IMG/VR virus record: IMGVR_UViG_3300005836_000015
Reading direction: 5' to 3' (one strand)
Length of the DNA stretch: 37,976 nucleotides
Source of the DNA: a virus
Below are positions 16,682 to 26,172 of the stretch, piece by piece (positions within the stretch are counted from its first letter, which is position 1; every line of letters starts with the position of its first letter). Both the position numbers and the translations under genes were made by a program. The notes under the pieces were generated by a model that saw nothing but the letters and a program-made list of their open reading frames with translations, was not told the origin of the DNA and made no database searches.

Positions 16682-19579
16682 ATGGACTTGTGGGCCACGA
16701 AAACCCATGGTGAGACGGAAGACGAGGAGACAGACCGCCTCGTTCACCGGGCTCCCAAGTACAAGCCGCCCCGGCACGACCGCCGTCGAGAGCGGGTCGA
16801 GACCTCACGTGACCCGGACATCGATGAGGATCCGGACATCTCCCGGGACCCCGACCGATCCAAAAACTACAAGGACATCGGCGGGTCCCTAGCGCAGCGT
16901 GTCGCCCGCCGCTTCTTGGCTGATGGTCAGACGATCAAGGTCCGCCATCGGGAGACCGGGAAGGTCGTCGACGTCTTGCCGGAGACCCTCAAGGAAGAGG
17001 GGGGCAAGTACGAGAAGATCGAGAAGGAGGACGGGGGGCAGGGAGGAGAGGACCTCGAGAGCTCGAAGCGTGGGGATGCTCTTCGAGAGGTTGCGAAAGG
17101 CGACGAGCGAGTCCAGGGCCTCTTCAAGAGTCTTCTCAACCCCAAGTCGGACCTCGGAGGATTGGCAGAAGGGAACCCCAATGTTCCGGCTGCCTCCATC
17201 CTGAAGGGAGTACAACTTCCCGAAGGGGTCAAGACCCTCGGGGATGTCGTGAAGGCTCTTCGGTCGAAGCCAGCTCCGAAAGCCAAGCCTGAGCCTGCCC
17301 CTACGCCTGCCGAGAAGCCCAAGGGCACGGAGGGAGCTCCTGCTGAGAAGCCTGAGAGCAAGGAGGAGGCTCCTGCTACCGAGAAGCCCAAGAAGCCCAA
17401 GGCCAAGAAGGCTCCAAAAGAAGCTCCTCCGAAGGAAGAAGAAACCAAGACGCTTGATGGCACTCGGAAGCACATCGAGCAAGAAAAGGCCAAGGCTGAG
17501 GAGGAAGCGAAGGCCGACCTCAAGCAGGCCGAGGCCGATGCGGAAGACCAACGCAAGGAAATCGAAGCGGACGCAGAAAAGGATCGTGCCGAGTATGCGG
17601 GCGACTCCAAAGCACTAGCTCGCATCGAAAAGGATACCAAGAAAAGCCTCGCCGATGTTGACAAGTGGCTCCAAGGAGAGAAGGACCGGATTGACGAGGA
17701 CAAGGCCAAAAACCTGAAGAGCGTCGAAGAGGAGGGAGAAGAACTCCTCGATAGGTTCCCTGAGGCCGAGAAAGCAGGCATCGCACCTCCAAAACGTCGT
17801 GAGGCCAGCAAGGCCGAAGAGATGGAGGCGATGACCCTTGTCATCGACACGTTCCCGGAGCACATCGCAGCGGATCTGCTGGCGAAGAATCTTCATCCGG
17901 ATGACGTGAAGAGCCTGGTGAGCTCCTATCATGCGGCCAAGCAGATGCCGGTGAAGAATCCGGCGGAGTTCGCTGCCAAAACGGCAGGCTTCTACGAGAC
18001 GGATCCGGATCGGGTCAAGCCGCCTACCAAAGCCAAGAACGCCGATGGGGAGCTCGTGCCATTCGAAGAGCTCTCCCCTGAAGAGCAATCCGAGGCCATG
18101 CGGCAGCACCAGGTGCAGGTAGTCGCCCTATCCCTCGGAGCCAAGCAGGCCCTCACGGACAAGCTGAGCATGCCGAGTCCCTGGACCTCGGCGCCTCGTG
18201 TCGACCCGAAGCTGGCCAGTTCTCTGGCGACCTTCATGCTCCACAAGGGGGGTGCGAAGGAAGCCGACGAAATGGCCGACCAGATGTTCACCTCGGCTCT
18301 AGCGGGGCAGCCCTCGAAGACCAAAGAGGGCGTCTCGAAGGAGCTCCTCGGGCATCTCTCCCCCGAAGCGAAGAAAATCGCCCAAGCCTACTTCCAAGCG
18401 GCCGACTACCACAAGGCCAAGAAGGACTTCCTGGGCAAGGATGAGGATCAGATTTCGGAGTACAGCTCTCCCTCTTCCATCATGAAGACCATGAAGAAGG
18501 CGGGGGACTTCTTCAAAGAGCAGTCCAAGGCATACGGAGGGAAGGAGGGAGACCATCGTGCTGCCTCCGCCTTCCGGCTACGGGTCCTGGACCGTCTTCG
18601 GGCTCTTGATCCGGACAAGTACAAGGAGGTCCGGACCCTGATCGCCAAGGACGAGAAAGTCGAATACGACAAGCAGAAATCGGCCTACGACAAGCAACTT
18701 GCTGAGTGGAAAGCCAAGAAGAAGGCTTGGGAAGCGAAGCAGCCGCCCTATCGTGGGTCTCCTTTCCAGGAGGAGAAGCCCGTACCGCCTCCCGAACCTG
18801 CGTTCTACCACTTGGCTGAGGACCCGAAGGCGGCCCAGCGGAAGGCGGAGAGCACCTTCGAGGAGGTCCTCCAGCGGACCAAGACAGCCTCTCGGGTCGC
18901 ATCCCGGTTCGTTTTTACTTATTCCGGTCGCCTTGCGATGGGTTCTGAATCCGGCAGGACGGGCGTGTACCACGGCATCGACCCGATGGAGAACTACCCG
19001 AGGGCCTACCCTGGCTGGCAGCAAGCCCACCAGCGGGACCTCGGGGAAGACGACTTCAAGGCCATCCTCGCGAGTGCCAAGGACTGGCTGAAGACCTCGG
19101 TCCTTTCCGTGGCCATCGAGGGGATCACCCGGGACCAACAGCTTCGGGCTGCTTTGGACTTGGCCATCCACGCCAGCAAGTACTCCCGGCAGATTCAACA
19201 GACGGTCTACAACCGTCTGTTGGCTCGCCTGGCCGGGAAGCCCGAACCCGGTCTTGGTCAGACCCTCCTCACGATTCGGGAGGCCAATTCTTCTTTTGCC
19301 CCCGCCAAGAAAGGTACCACGATGAAGCCGTCCAAGGAACTTCGCAAGCTGGCTGCGAAGGCAGCCGAAACCGACCCCAAGCTCGCCTTCGAGATGATCG
19401 AACTCGCCGATGCCATGGAGCAGCAGGCCCCGAAGACCGCTTCGGCTCCGGCTGCGGCTCCTGCCGCCGACCAGCGGTACAGCCAGCTCAAGGCACTCGT
19501 GATCCGCACGGCAGCCTTGGACGCGGGGGCCAAGAAGACCCTCATGCCCGTGCTCCAGGCGATCAAGACCCTCGGCTGA
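16682..19579 (+). CDS. Large K/E/A-rich putative internal head protein (965 aa), apparently multi-module with nested starts
   Basis: Long charged ORF after portal; contains RVARRF, RVASRF and three KTA motifs; in-frame ATGs at 18938 and 19322 each preceded by a T-rich element. Confidence 0.65.
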   Translation: MDLWATKTHGETEDEETDRLVHRAPKYKPPRHDRRRERVETSRDPDIDEDPDISRDPDRSKNYKDIGGSLAQRVARRFLADGQTIKVRHRETGKVVDVLPETLKEEGGKYEKIEKEDGGQGGEDLESSKRGDALREVAKGDERVQGLFKSLLNPKSDLGGLAEGNPNVPAASILKGVQLPEGVKTLGDVVKALRSKPAPKAKPEPAPTPAEKPKGTEGAPAEKPESKEEAPATEKPKKPKAKKAPKEAPPKEEETKTLDGTRKHIEQEKAKAEEEAKADLKQAEADAEDQRKEIEADAEKDRAEYAGDSKALARIEKDTKKSLADVDKWLQGEKDRIDEDKAKNLKSVEEEGEELLDRFPEAEKAGIAPPKRREASKAEEMEAMTLVIDTFPEHIAADLLAKNLHPDDVKSLVSSYHAAKQMPVKNPAEFAAKTAGFYETDPDRVKPPTKAKNADGELVPFEELSPEEQSEAMRQHQVQVVALSLGAKQALTDKLSMPSPWTSAPRVDPKLASSLATFMLHKGGAKEADEMADQMFTSALAGQPSKTKEGVSKELLGHLSPEAKKIAQAYFQAADYHKAKKDFLGKDEDQISEYSSPSSIMKTMKKAGDFFKEQSKAYGGKEGDHRAASAFRLRVLDRLRALDPDKYKEVRTLIAKDEKVEYDKQKSAYDKQLAEWKAKKKAWEAKQPPYRGSPFQEEKPVPPPEPAFYHLAEDPKAAQRKAESTFEEVLQRTKTASRVASRFVFTYSGRLAMGSESGRTGVYHGIDPMENYPRAYPGWQQAHQRDLGEDDFKAILASAKDWLKTSVLSVAIEGITRDQQLRAALDLAIHASKYSRQIQQTVYNRLLARLAGKPEPGLGQTLLTIREANSSFAPAKKGTTMKPSKELRKLAAKAAETDPKLAFEMIELADAMEQQAPKTASAPAAAPAADQRYSQLKALVIRTAALDAGAKKTLMPVLQAIKTLG

Positions 19580-19604
19580 ACCAGAACCAGGAGAAACACG
19601 TACC

Positions 19605-20003
19605 ATGGCAACCAACCGTCTCTCGGCCGACCAGAAGAAGGCGGCCGACGAACTTCTCGGGCGCCTCGACAAGTGCGCCTCGGAGATCCAGAAGAACCAC
19701 GAAGCCTGGGGGCTCTCCTTCGAGGCTGCCAAGGGGCTCGTGAACCATCTCGATCGGGTCGCCGATGACCTCGAGAAGAGGATCTACGGCCCCGAGAGCC
19801 TTCAGAAGCGTCAGGTCGAGATCCTCAAGGCGGCGAAGGTCATCCAGCGCGACGCCGACGAGGGCTACATGGACGCTTTCGTCGTCGACCAGGGTGTCGT
19901 CCAGCAGGACGCCGACGAGCCCTACATGGCGGCCTACTCCGACGACCAGTCCTCGGCGGTGCAGACCGGCAAGTCGACGACGGGTCGGCCGCTGGCTCCC
20001 TGA
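19605..20003 (+). CDS. Hypothetical head-cluster protein with duplicated Q.DADE.YM.A(F/Y) motif
   Basis: AGGAG SD; IQRDADEGYMDAF and VQQDADEPYMAAY. Confidence 0.7.
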   Translation: MATNRLSADQKKAADELLGRLDKCASEIQKNHEAWGLSFEAAKGLVNHLDRVADDLEKRIYGPESLQKRQVEILKAAKVIQRDADEGYMDAFVVDQGVVQQDADEPYMAAYSDDQSSAVQTGKSTTGRPLAP

Positions 20004-20046
20004 GGGTTCCGGGTTCCCTGGATCTCCGGGGGCATGAGAGGGACGC

Positions 20047-20748
20047 GTGATCGACTACTGGAAACTGACCAAGGACTTCGCCCCCGGGGACTACGTTCAA
20101 CGCGTGGTCCTCGGTCAAGGGCTGACTCCTTACATCGGTCGGATCCTCGCTTCGTTGCCAGCGATTGGCTTCGTCGATGTCCAGTGGCCGTTCGGTACCG
20201 AGCGTGTCTCCCCCGAGGAACTGGTGAAGCTCAACAAGGAGTTCGCCAGGTTCCTGCCCCCGACCGTCACCTTCTCGTACTTCCCCGGGATGGAAGTCTC
20301 CAAGACGGCCTCGACGACGTGGCGCACGACCGAAGTGCCTCCCGGGTTCCACAAGGAACTATCTCGGCTGCACTTTCGTGGGGCTAGCGAGCTCCAGGCG
20401 TACGACGAGCTCTGGCATCGGTTCGCTTCATTTGCCGATGACGAGGCCATCCGAGACGAGGTGGGGAAGTTCTACCGCTTCGCCTTCAATGCCTTGACGC
20501 TGTACTTGGGGGAGTACGCTCGCAAGACGGCGACCTACTGGGCCAGTCAGAACCGTCAACACCGTGCTACCCGAGCGGAAGTCACTGCCAAGCGCCCGAA
20601 TTGCCCGAAGTGTGGCAACGAGATGCGCAAGACGACCTTCGCAATGGCCAAGGGTCAGCGGATGCGGCTGTTCGCCTGTCCTCACGATCTCTTCTTGATC
20701 CAACAGCAGGACATCCTCGGACCAGGAGGAGAGCCCGTCGTATGGTGA
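20047..20748 (+). CDS. Hypothetical head-cluster protein with C-terminal zinc ribbon
   Basis: GTG start with GAGGG SD; SH3-like N-terminus (GDYVQ...GFVDVQWP); CPKC...CPH; two KTA motifs. Confidence 0.65.
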   Translation: MIDYWKLTKDFAPGDYVQRVVLGQGLTPYIGRILASLPAIGFVDVQWPFGTERVSPEELVKLNKEFARFLPPTVTFSYFPGMEVSKTASTTWRTTEVPPGFHKELSRLHFRGASELQAYDELWHRFASFADDEAIRDEVGKFYRFAFNALTLYLGEYARKTATYWASQNRQHRATRAEVTAKRPNCPKCGNEMRKTTFAMAKGQRMRLFACPHDLFLIQQQDILGPGGEPVVW

Positions 20749-21233
20749 ATCCCATCGCGAGGCGTGTGGCTGATCGGTACATCAAGGCCGTGGCCATGCC
20801 CGAACCCGGCAACTGGACCATGCAGCAACTCGAGGCATGGTACGCTCAGGTTCCGAAGCCGAGGAGCGTCTACGACAAGGTTCCAGAGGCGCTTCGACCC
20901 TTTGGTTGGGCGACCCCGGCTCCTGTCGTGAAGGGCGAAATGCCCATGCCCTGGCGGGTCGCTCATGCGGACCGAGCCAAGGACTTCCTGAAGAAGCACT
21001 TCCCCGAGTTCCACGACAGCTACGTCGATTACGGGGATTCGGCCTTCCGAGGGCGTCTCACATTGTGGGTCGGCCTTCGAGACAACCGAGATCGTGAAGC
21101 CCATGCGGCTCGCATGCAAGAACTAGCCGGGAACCTCGAGAAGGCTGGCTTCAAGACGCTGTTCAAGACGCAAGGGGGTCGGCCGGTGCTCTACCTCGTC
21201 GACGACCTTCCGAAGGATGTCCTGAAGGGCTGA
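20742..21233 (+). CDS. Hypothetical protein, N-terminal RVADRY motif
   Basis: ATG 20742 (or GTG 20745 in a GTGA overlap) after AGGAGGA; M(V)NPIARRVADRYIKA. Confidence 0.65.
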   Translation: MVNPIARRVADRYIKAVAMPEPGNWTMQQLEAWYAQVPKPRSVYDKVPEALRPFGWATPAPVVKGEMPMPWRVAHADRAKDFLKKHFPEFHDSYVDYGDSAFRGRLTLWVGLRDNRDREAHAARMQELAGNLEKAGFKTLFKTQGGRPVLYLVDDLPKDVLKG

Positions 21234-21239
21234 CGACGC

Positions 21240-22901
21240 ATGGCCTTCCTGAAGTACGCCCACGCAACCATCGTCAAGCCGGCCATCTCCATGGCGGGTT
21301 GGGACGATGTTCGGACCAAGGCCCTCACCATGGGACCTGCGTTCGATACGCGTTCGGCCTCCAGGATCGTGATGCAGAAGTTTCGACCGGACCAGTTCCT
21401 GTTGAGCCACTGCACGATCATCGCATCCGTCGATACGGAGAATGCGAATCTGCCCCTCGGGCGTCAGCTCGTCGATGGGTTCCAGATCGATCGGCAATAC
21501 AACGACTTCCTGGTCACGCCGCAGACGACGAAGTACATCAACAACAACCACGATTGCTGGGAGCGGAAGCTCCTGCTGGCGTGCTTCAAGAGCTTCGTCG
21601 GCGGCGAGAACTACGTCGAGCATCTCCAGATCCCGGAGATGTCGAAGGGCAAGATCATCGACGCTGCGGCCCGAGATATCGGGGATTCGATCTACGTCGA
21701 CATTCTTGTCGCAACGGACCTCAAGCACCGACCCTTGATCTCGGCGATCGAGACGAAGCAGCTCCAGACCCTGAGCATGGGATGCCAGGTGCAGTTCACG
21801 ACTTGCACCAAGTGTGGCAACGTCGCTCAAGACGAGACACAGCTCTGCCCCCACATCCGATACCTCAAGGGCAACACTTTCATCGACGGTCTCGGTCGGC
21901 AGCGGAAGATCGCCGAGTTGTGTGGACACATCACGGCGGAACCCGGGTCGGTCAAGTTCATCGAGGCGAGCTGGGTCGCGAACCCTGCCTTCACGGGTGC
22001 AGTGCTTCGGAACATCCTCACGGCCAACGAGCGTGAACTCCTGAGGGACCGCCTTCAGATTGCGATGTCGATGCCGACTCGCCAAGCCGACTCGAATGCG
22101 ATGATTCGGGCGGCCTCCTTGCTCACGCAAGCGGAAGACGCAAAGGTCCTGCCGACGCAGTTCGTGGTTCATGCCAAGAATGGCCCTGGCAATTACCTCC
22201 CCCATAACTACGAGACCCAGGTCCACGCAGGCGGGGCTGCCTTCAGGGCTCCGACGCATGTGCGTCCTGCAAAGTTTGGGGTCGAGGGACCCCAAACTTT
22301 GGGGTTCGACATGGGTGACGAGTTTGAGGGTCAGGGACAGGGTGGAGGAGATGCCCCCGCAGCCCCCAAGCCTGAGGAAAACCCTCTGGACAAGGCCATT
22401 ACAGAGCTTGCCGACCTCATTCGAGAGAAGGCCCTCTCCAAAGTTCGGGACCAGATGGGGAAGGAAGACGTCCCCCGAGGGGACCTTTCGGAGAACCGGA
22501 ACGACACGTTGGTCCGTCAGGCGGTCCAACGCAGCCCGGTGTGGCGGGGGATTGCGAAGGTCGTCCTGGGGGCCGTGAGGGAACCGCTGGTGGCCCGACG
22601 GCTTCTTCTTGGTCTTCTCCTGCACAAGGGAGGAGGCTGGAAGTCCGTGCAAGCTTCTGGCTTCTCGGGAGCCGAAATGCTCGCCATTTCGAGGTTTTTG
22701 GACCAGTTCACAGGGGTCCCTCGAATGGCTGGGGAAGCACGAGTTTACCGTACGGTGCTCGCCGTTGGTGGCGCAGCCTCGTATGGAGATGTGGAGTCCT
22801 ACCTCGCGGCTTGTCGTCGAGCGATCGGACGTGATCTGACCGGCTCCGAGAAAGACGCCCTCGTAGCCAAGGGCCGTATCTACGACCTAGGGGCGTCGTA
22901 A
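21240..22901 (+). CDS. Prohead (capsid maturation) serine protease with Zn-binding insert and C-terminal extension
   Basis: NYVEH (His), LSMGC (Ser) followed by CTKCG...CPH, then FIEASWVANPAF, the pattern of HK97-type/assemblin-fold phage proteases; position before scaffold and MCP. Confidence 0.75.
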   Translation: MAFLKYAHATIVKPAISMAGWDDVRTKALTMGPAFDTRSASRIVMQKFRPDQFLLSHCTIIASVDTENANLPLGRQLVDGFQIDRQYNDFLVTPQTTKYINNNHDCWERKLLLACFKSFVGGENYVEHLQIPEMSKGKIIDAAARDIGDSIYVDILVATDLKHRPLISAIETKQLQTLSMGCQVQFTTCTKCGNVAQDETQLCPHIRYLKGNTFIDGLGRQRKIAELCGHITAEPGSVKFIEASWVANPAFTGAVLRNILTANERELLRDRLQIAMSMPTRQADSNAMIRAASLLTQAEDAKVLPTQFVVHAKNGPGNYLPHNYETQVHAGGAAFRAPTHVRPAKFGVEGPQTLGFDMGDEFEGQGQGGGDAPAAPKPEENPLDKAITELADLIREKALSKVRDQMGKEDVPRGDLSENRNDTLVRQAVQRSPVWRGIAKVVLGAVREPLVARRLLLGLLLHKGGGWKSVQASGFSGAEMLAISRFLDQFTGVPRMAGEARVYRTVLAVGGAASYGDVESYLAACRRAIGRDLTGSEKDALVAKGRIYDLGAS

Positions 22902-22913
22902 TTCTCTTTATAT
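22899..22913 (+). promoter_or_regulatory. Putative T-rich (late) promoter element TAATTCTCTTTATAT
   Basis: AT-rich patch directly upstream of the scaffold-decoration-MCP unit; same class as 3464 and 26147. Confidence 0.5.
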
Positions 22914-22948
22914 CCCCGCACGGAGTGCAGAGAAAGGTGACTGTCATC

Positions 22949-24427
22949 ATGCGTGAGCGCTCCACCTGGAACCGAAACGAGATCGTCCGGTCGGCTTCTT
23001 TCGGTCGTCGTGCCGAGGACCCGAGGGCGATGAATCAAGACCACCTCCAGCAGCAGCCGGCGGCGGACGAGTACGTGACGGGTGGACCCTCGGAGTTCGC
23101 CGAGGACGTGCACCCCTCGGCTGGCACCTGGAAGGCCGAGTACAGCGGTGGCGAGGTTTCTCGCAACGAGATCGGCATGCCCGAGATGCGTCGCGACACC
23201 TTCAACCACCCGGAGAAGACGGCGGCCATGGACGACGAGACGATCCTCAAGAAGGCCAACCTCTGCACGAAGATCGCCACCAAGATGCTCGGCAAGACCG
23301 CCTCCGACCAGATGGTCGAGGACCAGGCGCTGGCTCTGATGGAGATGCCCGATGCGTCTCTCATCGAGACCGCCAACCGCCTCGCCAAGAAGATGGCGGA
23401 CGACGACGAGGAGGACGAAGGCCAGAACCAGGGTCAGAAGCAGGCCCAGGAGCAAGGCAAGGAGTCCGACGACGACGAGGAGACGAAGCAGGGCCAGGGC
23501 CAGCAGCAGGGCAAGCAGGGCGGCCAGGTTCCTCCTCAGTTCAAGGAGCAGATCGAGAAGAAGAAGGAGGAGGCCAAGGGCAAGGGCAAGGACGAGGGCA
23601 AGGACGAGGGCAAGAACAAGGAAGCCCGTCTGAACCCCGGCAACGCCTTCATCGCGGCCATGAAGGCCGGTGACGGTGACGGCGTGCAGCAGGCCCTCTC
23701 CCAGATGCTCTCGCAGGCCATGCAGCAGATGGGTCAGCAGCAGCAGGGTGCCGTCTACGGACAGGGCAACCAGCAGCAGATGGCCCAGCAGGAGCAGCAA
23801 GCTCAGCAGCAGGCCCAGATGGCCCAGCAGGAGCAGCAAGCTCAGCAGCAGGCCCAGATGGCTCAGCAGCAGGCCCAGCAGATGGCTCAGCAGCAGGAGC
23901 AGGCTCGGGCCCTCGCTCAGCAACAGCAGATGGGTCAGCAGCAGCAGGCCCCCATGGGTCAGCAGCAGCAGATGAGCGACGACCAGCTCCTCGACCAGAT
24001 GCTCCAGGACGACCTCGGTCAGCCTCAGGTCATGGGCACGGGGATGCCCATGGGCCAGCAGCAGCAGATGGGCCTCGCCATCGCAACGGCCGAGCCGGAG
24101 ATCCAGCTCGAACCCAACACGATGGACGTCGGCGAGATCCAGCTCGGAGCGGGAGACGAGGTTCTCACGAGCCTCTTCGCCTCGAACCCCGAGTACCAGA
24201 ACGCTGCCGAAGCTCACGCTCTCCAGAACGGTGGGGTTCGCCCTGCCGTGACGGCAGCTCAACCGATGACCCGTACGGCGGCCACTCGGACTGTCGGGAC
24301 CCGGCCCACGGCTGGTGTCGCGCAGATCGGCGGTGGTGTCGTCGGCGCGACCTCCGGGGGAACCGAGGTCGACAAGCTCGCAGGTCTCTGGCAGTCGGCA
24401 CCGGACGTCAGCAACGTCTTCCGGTGA
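22949..24427 (+). CDS. Putative capsid scaffolding protein, Q/E-rich
   Basis: ATG 22949 after AAAGG; located between protease and MCP; low-complexity poly-Q and acidic tracts; repeated KTA/KQA/KEA/RTA. Confidence 0.6.
   Translation: MRERSTWNRNEIVRSASFGRRAEDPRAMNQDHLQQQPAADEYVTGGPSEFAEDVHPSAGTWKAEYSGGEVSRNEIGMPEMRRDTFNHPEKTAAMDDETILKKANLCTKIATKMLGKTASDQMVEDQALALMEMPDASLIETANRLAKKMADDDEEDEGQNQGQKQAQEQGKESDDDEETKQGQGQQQGKQGGQVPPQFKEQIEKKKEEAKGKGKDEGKDEGKNKEARLNPGNAFIAAMKAGDGDGVQQALSQMLSQAMQQMGQQQQGAVYGQGNQQQMAQQEQQAQQQAQMAQQEQQAQQQAQMAQQQAQQMAQQQEQARALAQQQQMGQQQQAPMGQQQQMSDDQLLDQMLQDDLGQPQVMGTGMPMGQQQQMGLAIATAEPEIQLEPNTMDVGEIQLGAGDEVLTSLFASNPEYQNAAEAHALQNGGVRPAVTAAQPMTRTAATRTVGTRPTAGVAQIGGGVVGATSGGTEVDKLAGLWQSAPDVSNVFR
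23777..23854 (+). repeat. Perfect 39-bp in-frame tandem duplication (QMAQQEQQAQQQA x2) in Q-rich tract
   Basis: CAGATGGCCCAGCAGGAGCAGCAAGCTCAGCAGCAGGCC at 23777 and 23816. Confidence 0.85.
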
Positions 24428-24513
24428 TCGACCCCCAGGTCCCCGAACCCAAATGTAGATGAAAGAGCAGTCAACCCCAGCAACAGCCAAGTAGCCAAGT
24501 AGGAGAAACCAAC

Positions 24514-25140
24514 ATGCCTCTCGCACAGGGCCAGGGCTCGGGTGACTTCCGGGAGACCAGCGGCAGGATCCAATTCTTCCACGTCGTGACTCGCAATGCC
24601 ATGGGGCTTGTGACTCCCGACGCCTTCACGCAGGACACGCCCCCGATCGTCACCGCGTCAGCCAACAAGAGCACCACGCTCGCCAGCATCACCAAGAAGG
24701 GCGTCCTCGGTGCAACGGTCGCCTTCACTCGCCCCGACATCGGGAACGGCTACCACGGTGGTCCGGTCCAGATCAGCTCGGCGTACGCCGCTGCACAGAA
24801 GCCTCTCGGCCTCTTCATCAACGACGCCATCGGCAACGCCTTCGAGAACACGCCGGGACCGGCTTCCGGTCGTGCCCCGTACGTGTGTGGGTCGGGAAGC
24901 TGCGTCGGCGTTTCCCTCTGGGAGACCCAGCAGCAGATCAGCGGTTCGTCCGCTCTCGTCTACGCCGCAGGGGACCTCCTCTACGCGTCGGTCAACGGGC
25001 TGCTCACGAACCGCATCCAGGACGCCTACCAGTACAACGTCTCGGGTCAGAACGACCCGGACTTCGTGACGATCATGGGCGTCGTGAAGGTGGCACCGGA
25101 TGCCTACAACACGCTGATGGTGCTGGACCTGAGGGTCTGA
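24514..25140 (+). CDS. Capsid decoration/cement protein
   Basis: Directly upstream of MCP; strong AGGAG SD; KPLGLFIND and Y..GDLLYAS.NGLLT...MGVV pattern typical of beta-tulip decoration proteins. Confidence 0.6.
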   Translation: MPLAQGQGSGDFRETSGRIQFFHVVTRNAMGLVTPDAFTQDTPPIVTASANKSTTLASITKKGVLGATVAFTRPDIGNGYHGGPVQISSAYAAAQKPLGLFINDAIGNAFENTPGPASGRAPYVCGSGSCVGVSLWETQQQISGSSALVYAAGDLLYASVNGLLTNRIQDAYQYNVSGQNDPDFVTIMGVVKVAPDAYNTLMVLDLRV

Positions 25141-25188
25141 GCGTCAACCCCCAGAGGCCAAGAGAAGGTCAAGGAAGGATTCACGGTC

Positions 25189-26070
25189 ATGCCGAATCAG
25201 GTCAGCAACGAAGTCAAGCAGCAGATCATCAGCGAGTACATCAAGACCGCTGCTGGTCGCGCGAAGCTCGCTGCATCGATGATCCAGCCTCTGCGTCTCC
25301 GTCGTGACTACACGGCGGTCGGCCGCAAGACGTTCCTCGTCGAGCAGCTCCCGGATGGTGCTCTTCCCATCTACGACAAGGACCCCGAGGTCACGGCCTT
25401 CGTGGTCGGCGAGGAAGGCGAGAACATCCTCGCCATCCAGAAGCCTCGCCGCGTGATCTTCCCGCTGTTCGAGATCGCCTCGAACCCGGAGATCCCGCTC
25501 ACCCAGATCAAGGAGCGGCGCTTCGACCTCATCGAGCGCTCCCAGGATCTGGCGAAGGCTCAGATCCAGGCGGCCGAGGACGAGCGGGTCTTCGCCGTTC
25601 TCGACTCGATCGCCGTCAGCGGGTTCGACACCCTCCCGGGTCAGACGAACCCCGACGTCGCCGTCGTGGCTCCCATCTCGCCGAGCGTCCTCGCGGATGC
25701 CTTCGCCGAGGTCGAGCGTCACGACCTGAGGGTCGCTCGCATCTACATGAACGCTGTCGACTATGCGGACATCCGCAAGTTCGGCCGCGACATCCTGGAC
25801 ATCGAGAGCCAGGCGACGCTCCTCAAGACGGGCCTCCAGGCCACGCTGTGGGGCGCCCAGATCATCACGAGCCGTCTGGTTCCGGCCGGCTTCGTGTACG
25901 TCTGCGCCGAGCCCGAGAACTTCGGCCGCTTCCCGGTTCGCACCGAGCTGACGGTCCTCTCGGCCGACGACCCGAAGGCCCGTACCATCGGCTTCTCGTG
26001 CTTCGAGAACGTCGGCATCGGCGCCTTCAACCCGCGTGGCCTCACCCGCCTCGTCGTGACCCGGTTCTGA
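25189..26070 (+). CDS. Major capsid protein (HK97 fold, 293 aa)
   Basis: Strong codon bias, AAGGA SD, followed by a strong terminator. Pattern LAASMIQPLR...DY..VGRK...VE.LP.G, FEIASNP, AK..IQAAED, IYMN...YADIR, LWGA.I..S..VP.G.VYV. Confidence 0.85.
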   Translation: MPNQVSNEVKQQIISEYIKTAAGRAKLAASMIQPLRLRRDYTAVGRKTFLVEQLPDGALPIYDKDPEVTAFVVGEEGENILAIQKPRRVIFPLFEIASNPEIPLTQIKERRFDLIERSQDLAKAQIQAAEDERVFAVLDSIAVSGFDTLPGQTNPDVAVVAPISPSVLADAFAEVERHDLRVARIYMNAVDYADIRKFGRDILDIESQATLLKTGLQATLWGAQIITSRLVPAGFVYVCAEPENFGRFPVRTELTVLSADDPKARTIGFSCFENVGIGAFNPRGLTRLVVTRF

Positions 26071-26089
26071 TCGGAACCTGGTCTTGATT

Positions 26090-26126
26090 GAAGGCCCTGC
26101 TCTTCGGAGCGGGGCCTTCGTCATTT
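26090..26126 (+). terminator. Intrinsic terminator-like hairpin after MCP
   Basis: GAAGGCCCTGCTC-TTCG-GAGCGGGGCCTTC (13-bp stem with one G:U, cUUCGg loop) followed by GTCATTT. Confidence 0.85.
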
Positions 26127-26146
26127 GGGGGTTCACATTGGGGGTC

Positions 26147-26160
26147 TAATCTTCTTTTGT
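26147..26160 (+). promoter_or_regulatory. Putative T-rich (late) promoter element TAATCTTCTTTTGT
   Basis: Lies just after the terminator, 12 nt before an SD-less ATG at 26173; nearly identical to AATTCTTCTTTTG at 19286. Confidence 0.5.
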
Positions 26161-26172
26161 CCTACCCCCGGC

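Noticed and set aside
25189-26070. Encapsulin nanocompartment instead of a phage capsid
   Set aside because: The small HK97-type shell gene lies with terminase, portal, protease and scaffold, which indicates a virion head module.
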